Shown: one piece after another, positions 18,285-28,973 of the stretch
Layout: each line of letters begins with the position of its first letter
Position numbering within the stretch: position 1 is the stretch's first letter
Source: Alphaproteobacteria bacterium
GTDB lineage: Bacteria > Pseudomonadota > Alphaproteobacteria > RF32 > CAG-239
NCBI GenBank assembly: GCA_017937705.1
Contig: JAGBDC010000023.1
Coordinates: 2,944-66,943 of the forward strand
Direction of reading: 5' to 3'
DNA: 64,000 nt
Program-made: the position numbers and the translations under genes
Notes under the pieces: model-generated
What the model was told of the DNA's origin: nothing
The model's input: only the letters and a program-made list of their open reading frames with translations
Database searches by the model: none

Positions 18285-21044
18285 CTAAAAATTATATTTT
18301 ACAACCAACATTCCGCTTTGTGCATTATATTTGTTTCTGAATGCTCCGTTATATTCTAATGATAAATCCCAATCATTAAACGATGCGGTCACACCAACTC
18401 CGGCCTCTACACCAAAACGGGATAAGCGTTTGCGGTCAACCTGATATCTTCCGCCTCCGAAAACACCTACTTCTGCAGCGCCCTCATCGGCAACTAAATC
18501 ATAAGTTGCGGCTAAACGAAGTGTCGGTTTAATTGTATAATCAGACGTTTTATACATATCTTTTGAATATTTTATACCGGCAACCGCGGTTAAAATATTG
18601 TCATCTTTTTGACTGATATGTTGTGCTCCGTCAAAATATGAATCGGCATTTATATTAATGTAACGCAATCCTGCTTCCGGTGTAAATCCGTTATAATATT
18701 CATAACCGGTCATAACTTGAGCATAGTAAGATTTTACATCAAATTTTCCGCCCAAATTAATACCCATAGCTGTTTTGCTTTCTTTATATTTTCCTAAACC
18801 ATAGCCTAACATCGAATTTACATACCAAGCAGATGGTTGATATTTTCCGTAAATAAAGAAATTATGTGATTTTACGTCAATATCTCGCCCGAATGAATCG
18901 CCGTTTGTGTCCATGTAACCATAACCGATACCTAAAATGGAATTGTGAGTTAAATCCATATCATATCCGACAGCAAAGCCATTTGTATCAGCGCTAAATC
19001 CGTCGTTTTGCGAAGTTCGTTCTTGTTTTGCATGTGCGGTAACACCTTTTACCCATAAACGAGATTCCGGATTTAGTTTATTATCATGCATACGATTTGA
19101 CGTAATTCTGGCAAGAATATCTACGTTTTCTCTTGCAACTCCGGAAATAATTTGCGAATTTGTCGGTGCTGTTTTTCTGATTTCTCTAAAGGCTTTTGAA
19201 CTATTTCCCGACTGTATTGCATCTTTTAAGGCTACTGCTAATTCTTGACCTTTACCACTTCCGTTTTCTGCGGCATCAATAAGACTCAATAAAATATCGG
19301 CTTCTTGTTCAGATGCACCTAAATCTTCGGAAAGTTGTGCCGCTGTTTTGGTTTTGATAGTAACTGTTCCGTCTTTTTCCGTAACATCATATAAATTGTC
19401 CGTTAAATCCCAAGTAAAATCACTGGTAGTTGTGGCTGCAGAAACAATATCGTATACACCTTCTTGGTTTATATCTACATTGATTTTTGCACCATTTACA
19501 TCAAGCTCATCGGCAATGATTTTTCCATATTTATCTTTTCCGCTGACTTTAACATTAATAACGGCATCACTCGTTGCAGATAATAGTTGCGTTTTTAATG
19601 TTGAAACATCATCAATATTAATTTCATCAAAACCGCCTACTTCACCGCTAGATGTCGCACTAATATTTGATAAAGTCAAAACCGATTTACCTTCAACGTT
19701 TTGTGCAGACATACCTCCGGTATTAATTTGTCCGCCACCGGATAAATTCAGGTTTGCATTACCTAAAACTGTTCCGATTTCATATCTTGAGCCGACATAA
19801 ATATTGTCTGTAATATTAATTTCACCATCCGTAATCATATTAATCGTTGTATTGTTTGCAGTTGCTCCTGCTCGTCCGGGACCGGCAATCACACTTCCGG
19901 CTGTAGTGTTCCCTAACACATTGATTGTAATATCATTACCTGAATTATAGGCACCTAATGCTCTAATTTCTTCCCCGATAATAGAATCTTTAACATTGAG
20001 AATAATATCGTTGGTATTAAATAATGTTTGATTCCATTCGGTATCGCCGGCAAACATATTTATACTTGAACCACGAACATCAACTCCGATATTAGAATTT
20101 TCAACATTAACGGTAATGGTACCGCCTAATCCGGCTTTTTCTGTTCCGGCACCGGCAAACATTTGTCCTATAACGGTATTTCCTATATTTGAATTTTTGA
20201 CGTTTACGTTAATGTCACCATCTACATACGAACGTGAAATTGTTCCTACGGCAAGATCATCTTGTGAACTTCCGCTGTTCCCGATAACCGCTCCCGAGGT
20301 AGTAACATTATCCAAACTTAAATTTATATCTCCGTTAACGTTAGTACTTTGTCCGTTTCCGTAAATTGTATTAAATTTAGAATTGGTGATAGAGGTATTT
20401 ACATCGCCATTTGCATTATTTATATATCCGCCGGATAAAATTTTAGCATTAGGTAAATTATAGCCATTCAAAACAACATTTCTTCCGTTATCGTCTGTTT
20501 TATATTCCCCTAAATAAATAGTTCCGCTAACATTTGCAGAAGTATTATCCAGTGTATTATTATTCAGAAATATTCCTCCGCTTCCGCTACCCAGTTTTAC
20601 GGAATTATTGCCGGCAAATACAACCCTGCCGGTTGACGTTGCTGCAATATTTATGGTCTGATCCGGCGACCAATTTTTTAACGTGAGTTGGCTATATCGG
20701 TTCCAACCGATACCTCCGACAACATTGGTTGAAAATGTCCCGTTAAATCCGGATATATCTCCGTCCCATATAACCTGAACGTCATCTGCGGTTGCTACCG
20801 GATAAGCCACAATATTAACAACACCATCTCCGGATAATGTTCCGTTCATTGTTTCATCAACCGTAATTGTCAATGTGTCTCCGCCATTTACCACACAATT
20901 ATCATTTTCTCCGCAAGTCACTGCAGCTGCATTAGCAGGATTTGCCCAAGCCATAAAAATTGCCGCATTAAAAATTGCACATTTAATCAGAATACTTTTG
21001 TATCTTCGAGAAAGAATTTTTATTGCCGTATTAGAATACTTCAT
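18285..21044 (-). CDS. Autotransporter (beta-helix passenger + beta-barrel)
   Basis: Extended basic signal peptide MKYSNTAIKILSRRYKSILIKC...ANA; N/G/T-rich passenger; terminal VKYNF. Confidence 0.88.
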   Translation of the reverse strand: MKYSNTAIKILSRRYKSILIKCAIFNAAIFMAWANPANAAAVTCGENDNCVVNGGDTLTITVDETMNGTLSGDGVVNIVAYPVATADDVQVIWDGDISGFNGTFSTNVVGGIGWNRYSQLTLKNWSPDQTINIAATSTGRVVFAGNNSVKLGSGSGGIFLNNNTLDNTSANVSGTIYLGEYKTDDNGRNVVLNGYNLPNAKILSGGYINNANGDVNTSITNSKFNTIYGNGQSTNVNGDINLSLDNVTTSGAVIGNSGSSQDDLAVGTISRSYVDGDINVNVKNSNIGNTVIGQMFAGAGTEKAGLGGTITVNVENSNIGVDVRGSSINMFAGDTEWNQTLFNTNDIILNVKDSIIGEEIRALGAYNSGNDITINVLGNTTAGSVIAGPGRAGATANNTTINMITDGEINITDNIYVGSRYEIGTVLGNANLNLSGGGQINTGGMSAQNVEGKSVLTLSNISATSSGEVGGFDEINIDDVSTLKTQLLSATSDAVINVKVSGKDKYGKIIADELDVNGAKINVDINQEGVYDIVSAATTTSDFTWDLTDNLYDVTEKDGTVTIKTKTAAQLSEDLGASEQEADILLSLIDAAENGSGKGQELAVALKDAIQSGNSSKAFREIRKTAPTNSQIISGVARENVDILARITSNRMHDNKLNPESRLWVKGVTAHAKQERTSQNDGFSADTNGFAVGYDMDLTHNSILGIGYGYMDTNGDSFGRDIDVKSHNFFIYGKYQPSAWYVNSMLGYGLGKYKESKTAMGINLGGKFDVKSYYAQVMTGYEYYNGFTPEAGLRYININADSYFDGAQHISQKDDNILTAVAGIKYSKDMYKTSDYTIKPTLRLAATYDLVADEGAAEVGVFGGGRYQVDRKRLSRFGVEAGVGVTASFNDWDLSLEYNGAFRNKYNAQSGMLVVKYNF

Positions 21045-21548
21045 CAGAACCTCTCTATTGAAAATTGTTAATCTTACTTTCATAGTCGTAGTTCGTTTAT
21101 TAAAGTCTTTTTACGTTCAATATATATTGTATCAACTTGGTAAAAATTCTAGATAGAATATTGTATTTTATGATAAATATTGTTTTATATAAATAAGTTT
21201 CAAAAAAGCAGTATACATACCATTAAAAAAACTCACCGAAACGGTGAGTTTTTTTAATGGTGCGCCACGTTATAGTGAAAACACTGTAAAATTGAGTATT
21301 AATATCAACTTTTTTATAGAGCACAGTGAGGAAATTTTAGAAATGAAAGAACAGATTAAATTTATTAAAAATATGATAGAGCTTCATATAAATTTGACAA
21401 ATATTTAAATGTTAAAGAAGACACATTTTTTAACATTTTCTCTGTAATTGGCTATTTTCCTAGCGTTTTATTTTGGTGGTGTTTAGGCTGAAATATAAAA
21501 TGTTAAACTTTGTTAGGTTTGGCTATAAAGTTTAACATTTATAACTAA

Positions 21549-22721
21549 TTACTTAATCCCAACATTGCTTGCATATTTTTTGTAACAGGATAAAGCATCA
21601 TCAACTTGTTCTACAATTTCTTCTATTTTTTTAGCATCAAAACCAAAAGGTTCTGCAACTTTTATAAAGTCTTCTTTTGTGATATTTTTTCCTTTTCCGT
21701 TTGCCATTGCTGTTTGTTCACCATTTAAACCATGAGATGGAGTTAAATCGTATGCCGGTGTCATTTTCCAAACATTATCTTTTGTTAACATAAATGAAAA
21801 GTTTTTGCTGTGGTCATCTTTATTGCCGGATTTGATGTTGAATATCATTAATCTGACCATTTTTTCAACTTCACGGACATCTTTGGTTAAAATTGCTGTT
21901 AATTTTAAGAGAGATGTATAGTCTAAAGAAGCAAAACGGTGGCTCGCATGCAACAATCCACATGCTGTATGAACATGAATTTTACCTTCAGTTGTTCTAT
22001 CAAAGCGTTTTACACCAAAATGTCCACTACTATCTTTTGAAGGGAACAAAAAGGTATCAGGCATTTCAATTCCTGCATCCTTAGCCATCAATGAATAAAT
22101 GTATTCTTTTGCTCCGATATCTTTGTCATCAAGAGATGAGTTAAATTTTATTAACCAAGGCTCATAATTTTCTTGTGTAAGGTTTCCGTGAATCAATGTT
22201 TGTTTATCTTTTGAAACAAGTGCTACGATTTTGGGTCTTGCTCCCCCTGAAGACCCATTAAGGCTTAAAAGTTCATCTAAAACTTCTGAACTGTTGCCTT
22301 GTAAAATTTTGCCGGCTTCCATTGATAAAGCATCCAATACTATATCTCCGACAAATTCTTTATCAATTTCGGTTATGGGCTCATACTCTAAAGCACCCAT
22401 AGCATTTAAGCCGATAAGAGATAGTCGTTGCAAAGGTGTGATTGAATTATAACTCAAACCTTTTTTTTGTAGTTTTCTATCTAATAATAAGCACCCCCAA
22501 CCATCAGGAAGACTATCATTAAATACACCGAATAAGCCATCAAAAGTGTATTTTTCATCTTCATAAACTTGTTGTCTTAAAGGAAGCATAAAAGGTGATA
22601 ACGGAATGTTTGAATTAACAAACTCAGGGGCATATTCAAAAAATATACGTTGCTTCTGTTCTTCCAAAACACCTACAAATAGACGGTTTCCATAAGTATT
22701 CAAAAATACATTTAATCTCAT
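21549..22721 (-). CDS. hipA: HipA family kinase toxin (type II TA)
   Basis: Couple_hipA-like N-terminus (DSLPDGWG), SSGGARPK, KRFDR, NKDDHSKNFS, PAYDL. Confidence 0.9.
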   Translation of the reverse strand: MRLNVFLNTYGNRLFVGVLEEQKQRIFFEYAPEFVNSNIPLSPFMLPLRQQVYEDEKYTFDGLFGVFNDSLPDGWGCLLLDRKLQKKGLSYNSITPLQRLSLIGLNAMGALEYEPITEIDKEFVGDIVLDALSMEAGKILQGNSSEVLDELLSLNGSSGGARPKIVALVSKDKQTLIHGNLTQENYEPWLIKFNSSLDDKDIGAKEYIYSLMAKDAGIEMPDTFLFPSKDSSGHFGVKRFDRTTEGKIHVHTACGLLHASHRFASLDYTSLLKLTAILTKDVREVEKMVRLMIFNIKSGNKDDHSKNFSFMLTKDNVWKMTPAYDLTPSHGLNGEQTAMANGKGKNITKEDFIKVAEPFGFDAKKIEEIVEQVDDALSCYKKYASNVGIK

Positions 22722-23017
22722 TTTATTGTTCCTCTTTTGCGTGTTTGGTCAGATTTTTTTTCAAAAAGGCTTTGTGGTTTTTGATTATCCTTAAAAAGTT
22801 CTTCAAAATCATTCATACACCCTAAAGTTAAAGCAATATCAATTAAAGATTTAAGAGATATTTCTCCAAAACGCTCAAAACGCTTAATTGTACCCAAACT
22901 CACACCTGAACGAACAGATAACCCTTGTTGTGTTAAATTCTGCTCTAAACGTTTGGCTTTCGCTTTATAAGCAATATCTTGCATAACTTCTTGCGGTGAT
23001 TTTAATATAAAAGACAT
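22718..23017 (-). CDS. XRE-HTH antitoxin (HipB-like)
   Basis: RLEQNLTQQGLSVRSGVSLGTIKRFE; overlaps the hipA start by 4 nt. Confidence 0.85.
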   Translation of the reverse strand: MSFILKSPQEVMQDIAYKAKAKRLEQNLTQQGLSVRSGVSLGTIKRFERFGEISLKSLIDIALTLGCMNDFEELFKDNQKPQSLFEKKSDQTRKRGTIK

Positions 23018-23046
23018 TATATTATCCCTAATCAATATTTAACAAT

Positions 23047-23072
23047 CTTATAGATATTATATTATCTATAAG
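23047..23072. promoter_or_regulatory. Probable antitoxin operator
   Basis: cttatagata-ttatat-tatctataag perfect 10-bp inverted repeat just upstream of the HTH gene. Confidence 0.6.
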
Positions 23073-23306
23073 AAATAAAATCAAGTAGAAAAGGATAATT
23101 TTTATTATTATCTCAAATTCCACAAAATCCGTTTCACTTCATCATTCGGAATATATTTTTCTGTATCGTTGTATGCAAAGCGGTGATTGATTAGTTTTTT
23201 ATTTGCAATGTAGGAAATGTTAATTGAGTTATCGCCATAGGTTTGGTGATAATGAACCAAAGGCAAGTTTTTATAAGTAAAGCCATTGTTCCAAAGATTG
23301 ATTAAA

Positions 23307-23477
23307 TCATGGATTATTATCTTCATTAAAATCATTGAAATTGCGAACTTTGTTGATAATGGTTGCAATATCCTCACAACTGTTACATCTGATATCTTGA
23401 GTTAAAACCAATACACCTTTTGAAGGATTTGCTCTAACTTCATCGTTTAATCTGGCTATTTCTTGAATATTAGTCAT
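23307..23477 (-). pseudogene. Truncated DUF3768-like gene
   Basis: MTNIQEIARLNDEVR...VRNFNDFNEDNNP* stops where the family normally continues (xGEHDFG); followed by an unrelated C-terminal fragment to 23108. Confidence 0.55.
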
Positions 23478-23985
23478 TTGCACACCTCTCTAATAATGTA
23501 CAAAGGATAAACTCATTTAAGCCTTTATGATTATCGACATAGTCCCAAATATCTTTGCCTTGATTGTTTTTAATATCAACATCGGCATCGTTATTGATAA
23601 AGAACTCAATCAAGCCCAAACGCATCATGGCTTGCAGATGGTTTACTACTTTTATAAATGCAGTGTTGCCGGCATTGTCTTGGGCATTGATATTACTTCC
23701 AGCTTGAAGCAAAAGGTTCAAAGTAGCGGGATTGCTTCGTTTCTTGGCGGCAATCATAAACGGAGTATCGCCTGAAATGTTGCGAGAATGAACATCACCA
23801 CCGTGAGCCAAGAAAAGCTCAATGACCTCCGGCTCATAGAACTCACGGCAGGCGAACATAAAAGGAGTGTAACCGTTAGAATTGTAGGGTTTGTTTACAT
23901 CAGCACCATTTTCAAGCAAAGTTTTGATAGTTGCGAAGTCTTCGTTATAAAGTGCTTTCATTAAATCATTATCGTTACTAACCAT
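23470..23985 (-). CDS. Ankyrin repeat protein
   Basis: LLENGADVN, GYTPFMFA, GDTPFMIA, GNTAFI repeats. Confidence 0.88.
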   Translation of the reverse strand: MVSNDNDLMKALYNEDFATIKTLLENGADVNKPYNSNGYTPFMFACREFYEPEVIELFLAHGGDVHSRNISGDTPFMIAAKKRSNPATLNLLLQAGSNINAQDNAGNTAFIKVVNHLQAMMRLGLIEFFINNDADVDIKNNQGKDIWDYVDNHKGLNEFILCTLLERCAND

Positions 23986-24166
23986 TTGAATCTCCATGAA
24001 ATTGCGGGTAGCTTTAAATTGCCGCCCGGGATATCATGCAAAGATTCAGCTGTCAAGCCGCAAAATTAACATTTTTTCACGATAATGCATTGATTCTAAA
24101 GAATTTCTTTTAAATACAGGTGGTTAAAGGCGTAACATTTTTGGAGGGATATTTTAATATGAGTAG

Positions 24167-24748
24167 TTATTCATATAACTTATTTTCAATAATTTCAGAC
24201 ATAAAATAACGCATATCTTTTCTTATAACATAATTTCCTACCGTTATATAATTGGCAAAAGGCCATGTTACAATGAATGGCAACCAATATAACCGATTTA
24301 CTCTATTTGGAGCTGTTATTGCATAGACTTCCTTACCTTTACGGAAAACATGCATTGTAACATCAACATCATAACTTTCCTCCATTGGAATTAAGAAAAG
24401 TGTATATCCAAGTAATAATCCCATACCATATCTTGTTTGAGGGTCTGTTCCTGCAAAATGTCCTTCAAAGTGGTAGTGCAAATCACCTTGATTAGTTGTA
24501 TAATAAACTTTATCAAAAAACTTTGATTCTTTTAAATATTCTTTGATTGAATTAGCTAATTTTTTTTCATACTTATTCACATTTTTACCAATACTTTCAT
24601 CAAATGAAACAGAAAAAGTGACATCTTTTTTTTCTTTTATTTCATTTCGTGTAGTTTCATAATCTAAAGACACTGAAGGTACTTCTCCAGATGAGTAAGT
24701 TACACAAGATGATAAAAATAATGTAACCAGTATAATAAATTTATTCAT
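24167..24748 (-). CDS. Hypothetical lipoprotein
   Basis: Lipobox LSSC; AAGGAG RBS. Confidence 0.7.
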   Translation of the reverse strand: MNKFIILVTLFLSSCVTYSSGEVPSVSLDYETTRNEIKEKKDVTFSVSFDESIGKNVNKYEKKLANSIKEYLKESKFFDKVYYTTNQGDLHYHFEGHFAGTDPQTRYGMGLLLGYTLFLIPMEESYDVDVTMHVFRKGKEVYAITAPNRVNRLYWLPFIVTWPFANYITVGNYVIRKDMRYFMSEIIENKLYE

Positions 24749-25247
24749 AATTTTCAACTCCTTTAGCCATAAAAACAGCACCTTGATTGAACAAATTTAC
24801 AGAATATGAATGAGTATAAGTGTTATAAGTGTAAAAAGTGGAAGTTCCTGAAAAATTTGCATAACCATAACTACCTGTCACTGTGCCAGAATGGTATGTA
24901 TTATGTGGCTGAGGTACCACAATATTATAGTTAATATTAGTCGACTTTGTATAATTACCATAACGTATCACAACAGTGGCTTTTATTCTTTTAGCTTGTT
25001 CAATGGCTTTCATACTAGAGGACCAGGGACCATGAAATTCTGCCCATCCCAGTATAATGTATCCTTTATCCTTATATTCTTTAATCCTGCTTTCAATATC
25101 TACTGTTGTTATAACTTTTACATTTTCAAAGTTTTTTCTGGGAATGAAGAATGAAGGGTCAACATTATTATCATTATAAAAATCATAAAAGTCATTACTT
25201 GCACATGCTGTTATTGTAAATAAAGAAGCCATTAATATTCGTTTCAT
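24741..25247 (-). CDS. Hypothetical lipoprotein
   Basis: Lipobox ITAC; overlaps next gene. Confidence 0.7.
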   Translation of the reverse strand: MKRILMASLFTITACASNDFYDFYNDNNVDPSFFIPRKNFENVKVITTVDIESRIKEYKDKGYIILGWAEFHGPWSSSMKAIEQAKRIKATVVIRYGNYTKSTNINYNIVVPQPHNTYHSGTVTGSYGYANFSGTSTFYTYNTYTHSYSVNLFNQGAVFMAKGVENYE

Positions 25248-25386
25248 AACCTTACCCTTATTAGACTATCCCATTAATGCTACTTGCTAATGATTAAGTA
25301 GTCAATTAAAAATGTTGAAGTTACTTAATTCTATACTGCTAAAATTACTTTTAATAAATATCTTTATACAAGTAAAAGGACTTGAT

Positions 25387-25695
25387 ATGAAGGTGTTGAT
25401 TGAGACTGTTACAAACCGTAAAGGGTATAAGAATTTTAATGATATTGATTGTTTGAACGAATTTTTGAATGAAAATCACAAAAAGATTAGAAGCTTCAAA
25501 ATCTTATCAGAAGCCTATAACGGTACATTTGAAGACCTTATCCGAGAGATTATGGAAAAGGCAGATTTAGTCTCAAATATGTTACTATATGCATATTTTA
25601 ATATGACCGATAAAAGCAACAAACATAATAAACTACTTAAGGCTGCCGGTCTTGCCGCCGAAATCCAAGGTTTGGTTAGGGGGTATATAAGGTAA
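25387..25695 (+). CDS. Hypothetical protein
   Basis: AAGGA RBS before ATG 25387. Confidence 0.55.
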   Translation: MKVLIETVTNRKGYKNFNDIDCLNEFLNENHKKIRSFKILSEAYNGTFEDLIREIMEKADLVSNMLLYAYFNMTDKSNKHNKLLKAAGLAAEIQGLVRGYIR

Positions 25696-25827
25696 AGTTT
25701 TTTATAAAGTAAAAACTTCACAAAAATAGAAAGTTTTTCTTTTATAAAAGAAAAACTATATAAATTTAGAAAGTTTTTAAGAAAAATCTAAAAAACTTTC
25801 TAATATTGAATACTTTTTAAGATATAC

Positions 25828-26406
25828 TTATAGGCTTTTAGAAGTATGTTTTCTATAAACCATCGCAAGTTCTTGTTGTCCTTCTTTATTTAAGTGGACA
25901 GCATCTATATAAATCTTTGATAAATCCAGTGAGCAAAAGCTCATATAAGCATCTAAATACTTGATTTGATGTGTTTCACACAGTTTTGCCAGTTTTTGAT
26001 TAAATGTTTCAACATCTGCATTAAAACCCCATTTATCCTCATCAAGCCAAGCTTGGTTTGGAAAAAGCTCTTCTCTAATGGGCAAAACGGATTGAACAAT
26101 AATGTTAGAAGCCTTTGTTTTAGCTACTTTTAAGACTTCTTCATACTGATTGATAAGACTAGAAATGTCTATTTGGTTGGGTTTAGGAGCTCCGGACAGC
26201 AAATTGTTAATGCCTACCGCTAAAAACAAAGTGTCATAGTGATTGTCGTCTTGCTTGATTTTGCGTAAAATACCTTCAATCTGTTCGCCATTTTGTGCGA
26301 GTTTCAAAGCTTCATTTCCTAAATAAAGCTCATCAAACCAGCTTTGATTATTGTTGCCATAACCAAATGCAATACTATCGCCGTAAACACCAAATTTGTA
26401 GTTCAT
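25828..26406 (-). CDS. SGNH/GDSL hydrolase
   Basis: GDSIAFG, GINN, DAVHLN motifs. Confidence 0.85.
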   Translation of the reverse strand: MNYKFGVYGDSIAFGYGNNNQSWFDELYLGNEALKLAQNGEQIEGILRKIKQDDNHYDTLFLAVGINNLLSGAPKPNQIDISSLINQYEEVLKVAKTKASNIIVQSVLPIREELFPNQAWLDEDKWGFNADVETFNQKLAKLCETHQIKYLDAYMSFCSLDLSKIYIDAVHLNKEGQQELAMVYRKHTSKSL

Positions 26407-26411
26407 TAGTT

Positions 26412-27311
26412 TTATCCTATAAATAATTTTAACAGTTTTATAAAATATGGGGACGGATTGTCTGTGTTTTGTGACAAACCGTATCCAATGTAGCATAAAA
26501 CCATAAAATCTATTTGTTTTTGTTCTATTTTAGACGTTGTCAGTTTATTGTATTCTGTTAGGGTGTCTATAGCAAGCTTACGGTGTATTTTGTAAAGAGG
26601 AAAAAACTCTTGATATTTAGGTATAACGATTGCATTACCAAAGTCTATAATCCCTTCTAATACATCATCATTTTGAGGGTTAAGTAACAAATTACTTCCG
26701 CTTAAATCATTATGGCAAAAGGCTTTTTCTGTATTTGGTGATGTTAATTTGTAATCGTCTAAATCTATATGATGTTTTAACAAAGCTTCCCTTACTTTTT
26801 TATAATCAAAATTTTCTTTTGTAGTTACATCCAAATTATCAATAGCTTCGTTGGGTTCAGAAATATTGATTTGTGTGTAATCAATTTGATGAATTAAATT
26901 AAAGAAGTTTGCTATGTCTTCAGCCAATTTAACCTGTTGTAGTGGTGCTAAGTTTTGATATAGCACAGCATATTCGCTTTCCGGTCGTCCATCGCAAATT
27001 TTGCCATAAAAACGTCTAGATACAGAAAATGGATGTATTCCGTTAACCAGCTCTATTTTGTGTATTTTATTTTCAAAATATGGTGTTAAATTTGGATATA
27101 TTGTTTCAATAATTGCTTTTTCGCGTTGCATAGTTTGCCAAATGATTTCAGCTTTTGGAAATCGGACAATATAATCATCGGCATAATAAGCCACCGAGCG
27201 TGAACCACTTTGTAAGCGTATGATATTCTTAATTTTTGTAAAACCGCTATCAGCCAAAATTTTACGGATTAAGTCAATATTATTTGCTGTTTCTTGTGTT
27301 ATAAAATTCAT
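26412..27311 (-). CDS. APH/choline kinase family phosphotransferase
   Basis: VRFPK, HNDLSGSNLL (Brenner motif), GIIDFG. Confidence 0.85.
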   Translation of the reverse strand: MNFITQETANNIDLIRKILADSGFTKIKNIIRLQSGSRSVAYYADDYIVRFPKAEIIWQTMQREKAIIETIYPNLTPYFENKIHKIELVNGIHPFSVSRRFYGKICDGRPESEYAVLYQNLAPLQQVKLAEDIANFFNLIHQIDYTQINISEPNEAIDNLDVTTKENFDYKKVREALLKHHIDLDDYKLTSPNTEKAFCHNDLSGSNLLLNPQNDDVLEGIIDFGNAIVIPKYQEFFPLYKIHRKLAIDTLTEYNKLTTSKIEQKQIDFMVLCYIGYGLSQNTDNPSPYFIKLLKLFIG

Positions 27312-27450
27312 TATATTTTCCTATTCGGATAAAACTATATTTAAGCATAAAATGTATTTTGTTAAAAAAACTATAAATTATAGCATAAACTGAACTTTTT
27401 TCTTTGTTTTTTCGTTATATAGCTTGTAAGATGATGATGTTAGGAGATAT

Positions 27451-28185
27451 TTGATGTCTGATGTTATTGAATTTTCTAAAACTACAATAGAAAGTATTGA
27501 TTATTATGTATACTGTTTAATTGATTCTCGCAATAAACAAATATTCTATATTGGCAAAGGTTGTGGTAATAGAGTATTTGCTCACGAACAAGAAGTTGCA
27601 GAAAAAGAGAAAAACAAACGAATTGCGGACATAAAGTCATCAGGAGCAAATGTTCAAAAATTTATCATTAGACATGGTCTAACAGAAATTGAAGCATTTC
27701 ATTTAGAAGCCGCATTGATTGATATTTTCTCTTCAAAAGCTTGGAATGATAGAAATTTATTAAATATTATGGGTGGATATCATTCTCTTGATAACGGTAT
27801 GAAATCAATATCTGAAATTGAAGCCTTTTATTGTGTTGATGATATAACAGAAGAAGATATTTTTCATAATTGTTTGATTGTTAATATAAACAAAACCTAT
27901 AAAACAGCCAAAGATGTTTATGAGGCGACACGAAAAAGCTGGAAATTAAGTGATAATAAAATAAAAGACATTGAGTTGGTAATTAGTGAGTATCACAAAG
28001 TATTTAGAGCTGTTTATAAACCTATTAAATGGCATTCAGAAATTGATGAAAAAGGAAAGAAACGTTGGTTGTTTGAAGGTATTGATGTTTCGTCTCAATA
28101 TTCACAATATGTAAATAAAAAAAACTCATTTAAGATAGATGGTACACGAAATCCTGTTCGTTATATTTGGGGTAAAAGAGGATAA
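27451..28185 (+). CDS. LEM-3-like GIY-YIG nuclease
   Basis: YYVYCLID...FYIGKGCGNRVFAH...EAFHLEAALID. Confidence 0.8.
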   Translation: MMSDVIEFSKTTIESIDYYVYCLIDSRNKQIFYIGKGCGNRVFAHEQEVAEKEKNKRIADIKSSGANVQKFIIRHGLTEIEAFHLEAALIDIFSSKAWNDRNLLNIMGGYHSLDNGMKSISEIEAFYCVDDITEEDIFHNCLIVNINKTYKTAKDVYEATRKSWKLSDNKIKDIELVISEYHKVFRAVYKPIKWHSEIDEKGKKRWLFEGIDVSSQYSQYVNKKNSFKIDGTRNPVRYIWGKRG

Positions 28186-28189
28186 TTTT

Positions 28190-28411
28190 ATGCCGTATGT
28201 AATTGCTTTGATTTGTATGCTTTGTGTCGGCTCGGCTTGGGCTGATATGCGTTGCTCTACCAATTCTTTGGGGGTTACAACTTGTAAAGATAGTAATGGT
28301 AGAGTTATCAAATCTCGCACAAATTCATTGGGCGTTACAACCTACACCGACCAAAACGGTAAGAAAACCAAATGTAGGACTAATTCTGTTGGTGTTACAA
28401 GGTGTGATTAA
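28190..28411 (+). CDS. Small secreted repeat protein
   Basis: Signal peptide (AWA) then three xTNS(L/V)GVT repeats. Confidence 0.7.
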   Translation: MPYVIALICMLCVGSAWADMRCSTNSLGVTTCKDSNGRVIKSRTNSLGVTTYTDQNGKKTKCRTNSVGVTRCD

Positions 28412-28500
28412 ATCGCTACTAATACAATAAAATTGTTGAATCTTTTTATTTCTTATGTTTAGACTAGTTCCATAAGTTATATAGCTAAAAGGACTAGAAC

Positions 28501-28911
28501 ATGAAAAAATTTTCTAAAATTTTATTATTTGTATTGGCTTTGTCTGGATGTGCTAGCATTATGCGTGATGGTTCACAAATAGTTCCAATTCAATCAAATG
28601 TAGAAGATGTTAACATTGAAGTCACAAACTCTCAAGGAGCTGTTGTTTATAAAGGCAAAACACCTGCAACAGTATATTTAAAAACTGCAAAAACAGGTTA
28701 CTTTAATCCTGAAAAATATCTTATTAAGGCATCTAAAAAAGGATATTCAACTCAATATACACCCATAGATTATCATGTTAGTAATTGGTACTGGTTTGGA
28801 AATATTGTATTTGGAGGATTAATTGGTTGGTTTATAGTAGACCCAATAACTGGGGAAATGTACCATTTAGATGAAATTGCTACTGTAAACATGACACCTC
28901 TGTCAGAATAA
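28501..28911 (+). CDS. Lipoprotein (PEGA-like)
   Basis: LSGC lipobox, GKTPA, GNIVFGGLIGWFIVDP. Confidence 0.75.
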   Translation: MKKFSKILLFVLALSGCASIMRDGSQIVPIQSNVEDVNIEVTNSQGAVVYKGKTPATVYLKTAKTGYFNPEKYLIKASKKGYSTQYTPIDYHVSNWYWFGNIVFGGLIGWFIVDPITGEMYHLDEIATVNMTPLSE

Positions 28912-28973
28912 TTAAAATATTAAGGAGTAGAATTTCTACTCCTTTTTTCTATTCCTTATAAATTACTGCACCA

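Noticed and set aside
17935-18359. ORFs of 81 and 114 aa (likewise 12168-12395)
   Set aside because: They translate the palindromic repeat clusters and terminators
19348-20364. Antisense ORFs inside long genes (also in rpsA, thrS, CPA2, aas and the MTase)
   Set aside because: Shadow frames of well-supported genes, with no RBS or recognisable motifs
26412-27311. Named aminoglycoside resistance gene
   Set aside because: Only the generic APH/kinase fold is evident; substrate cannot be assigned
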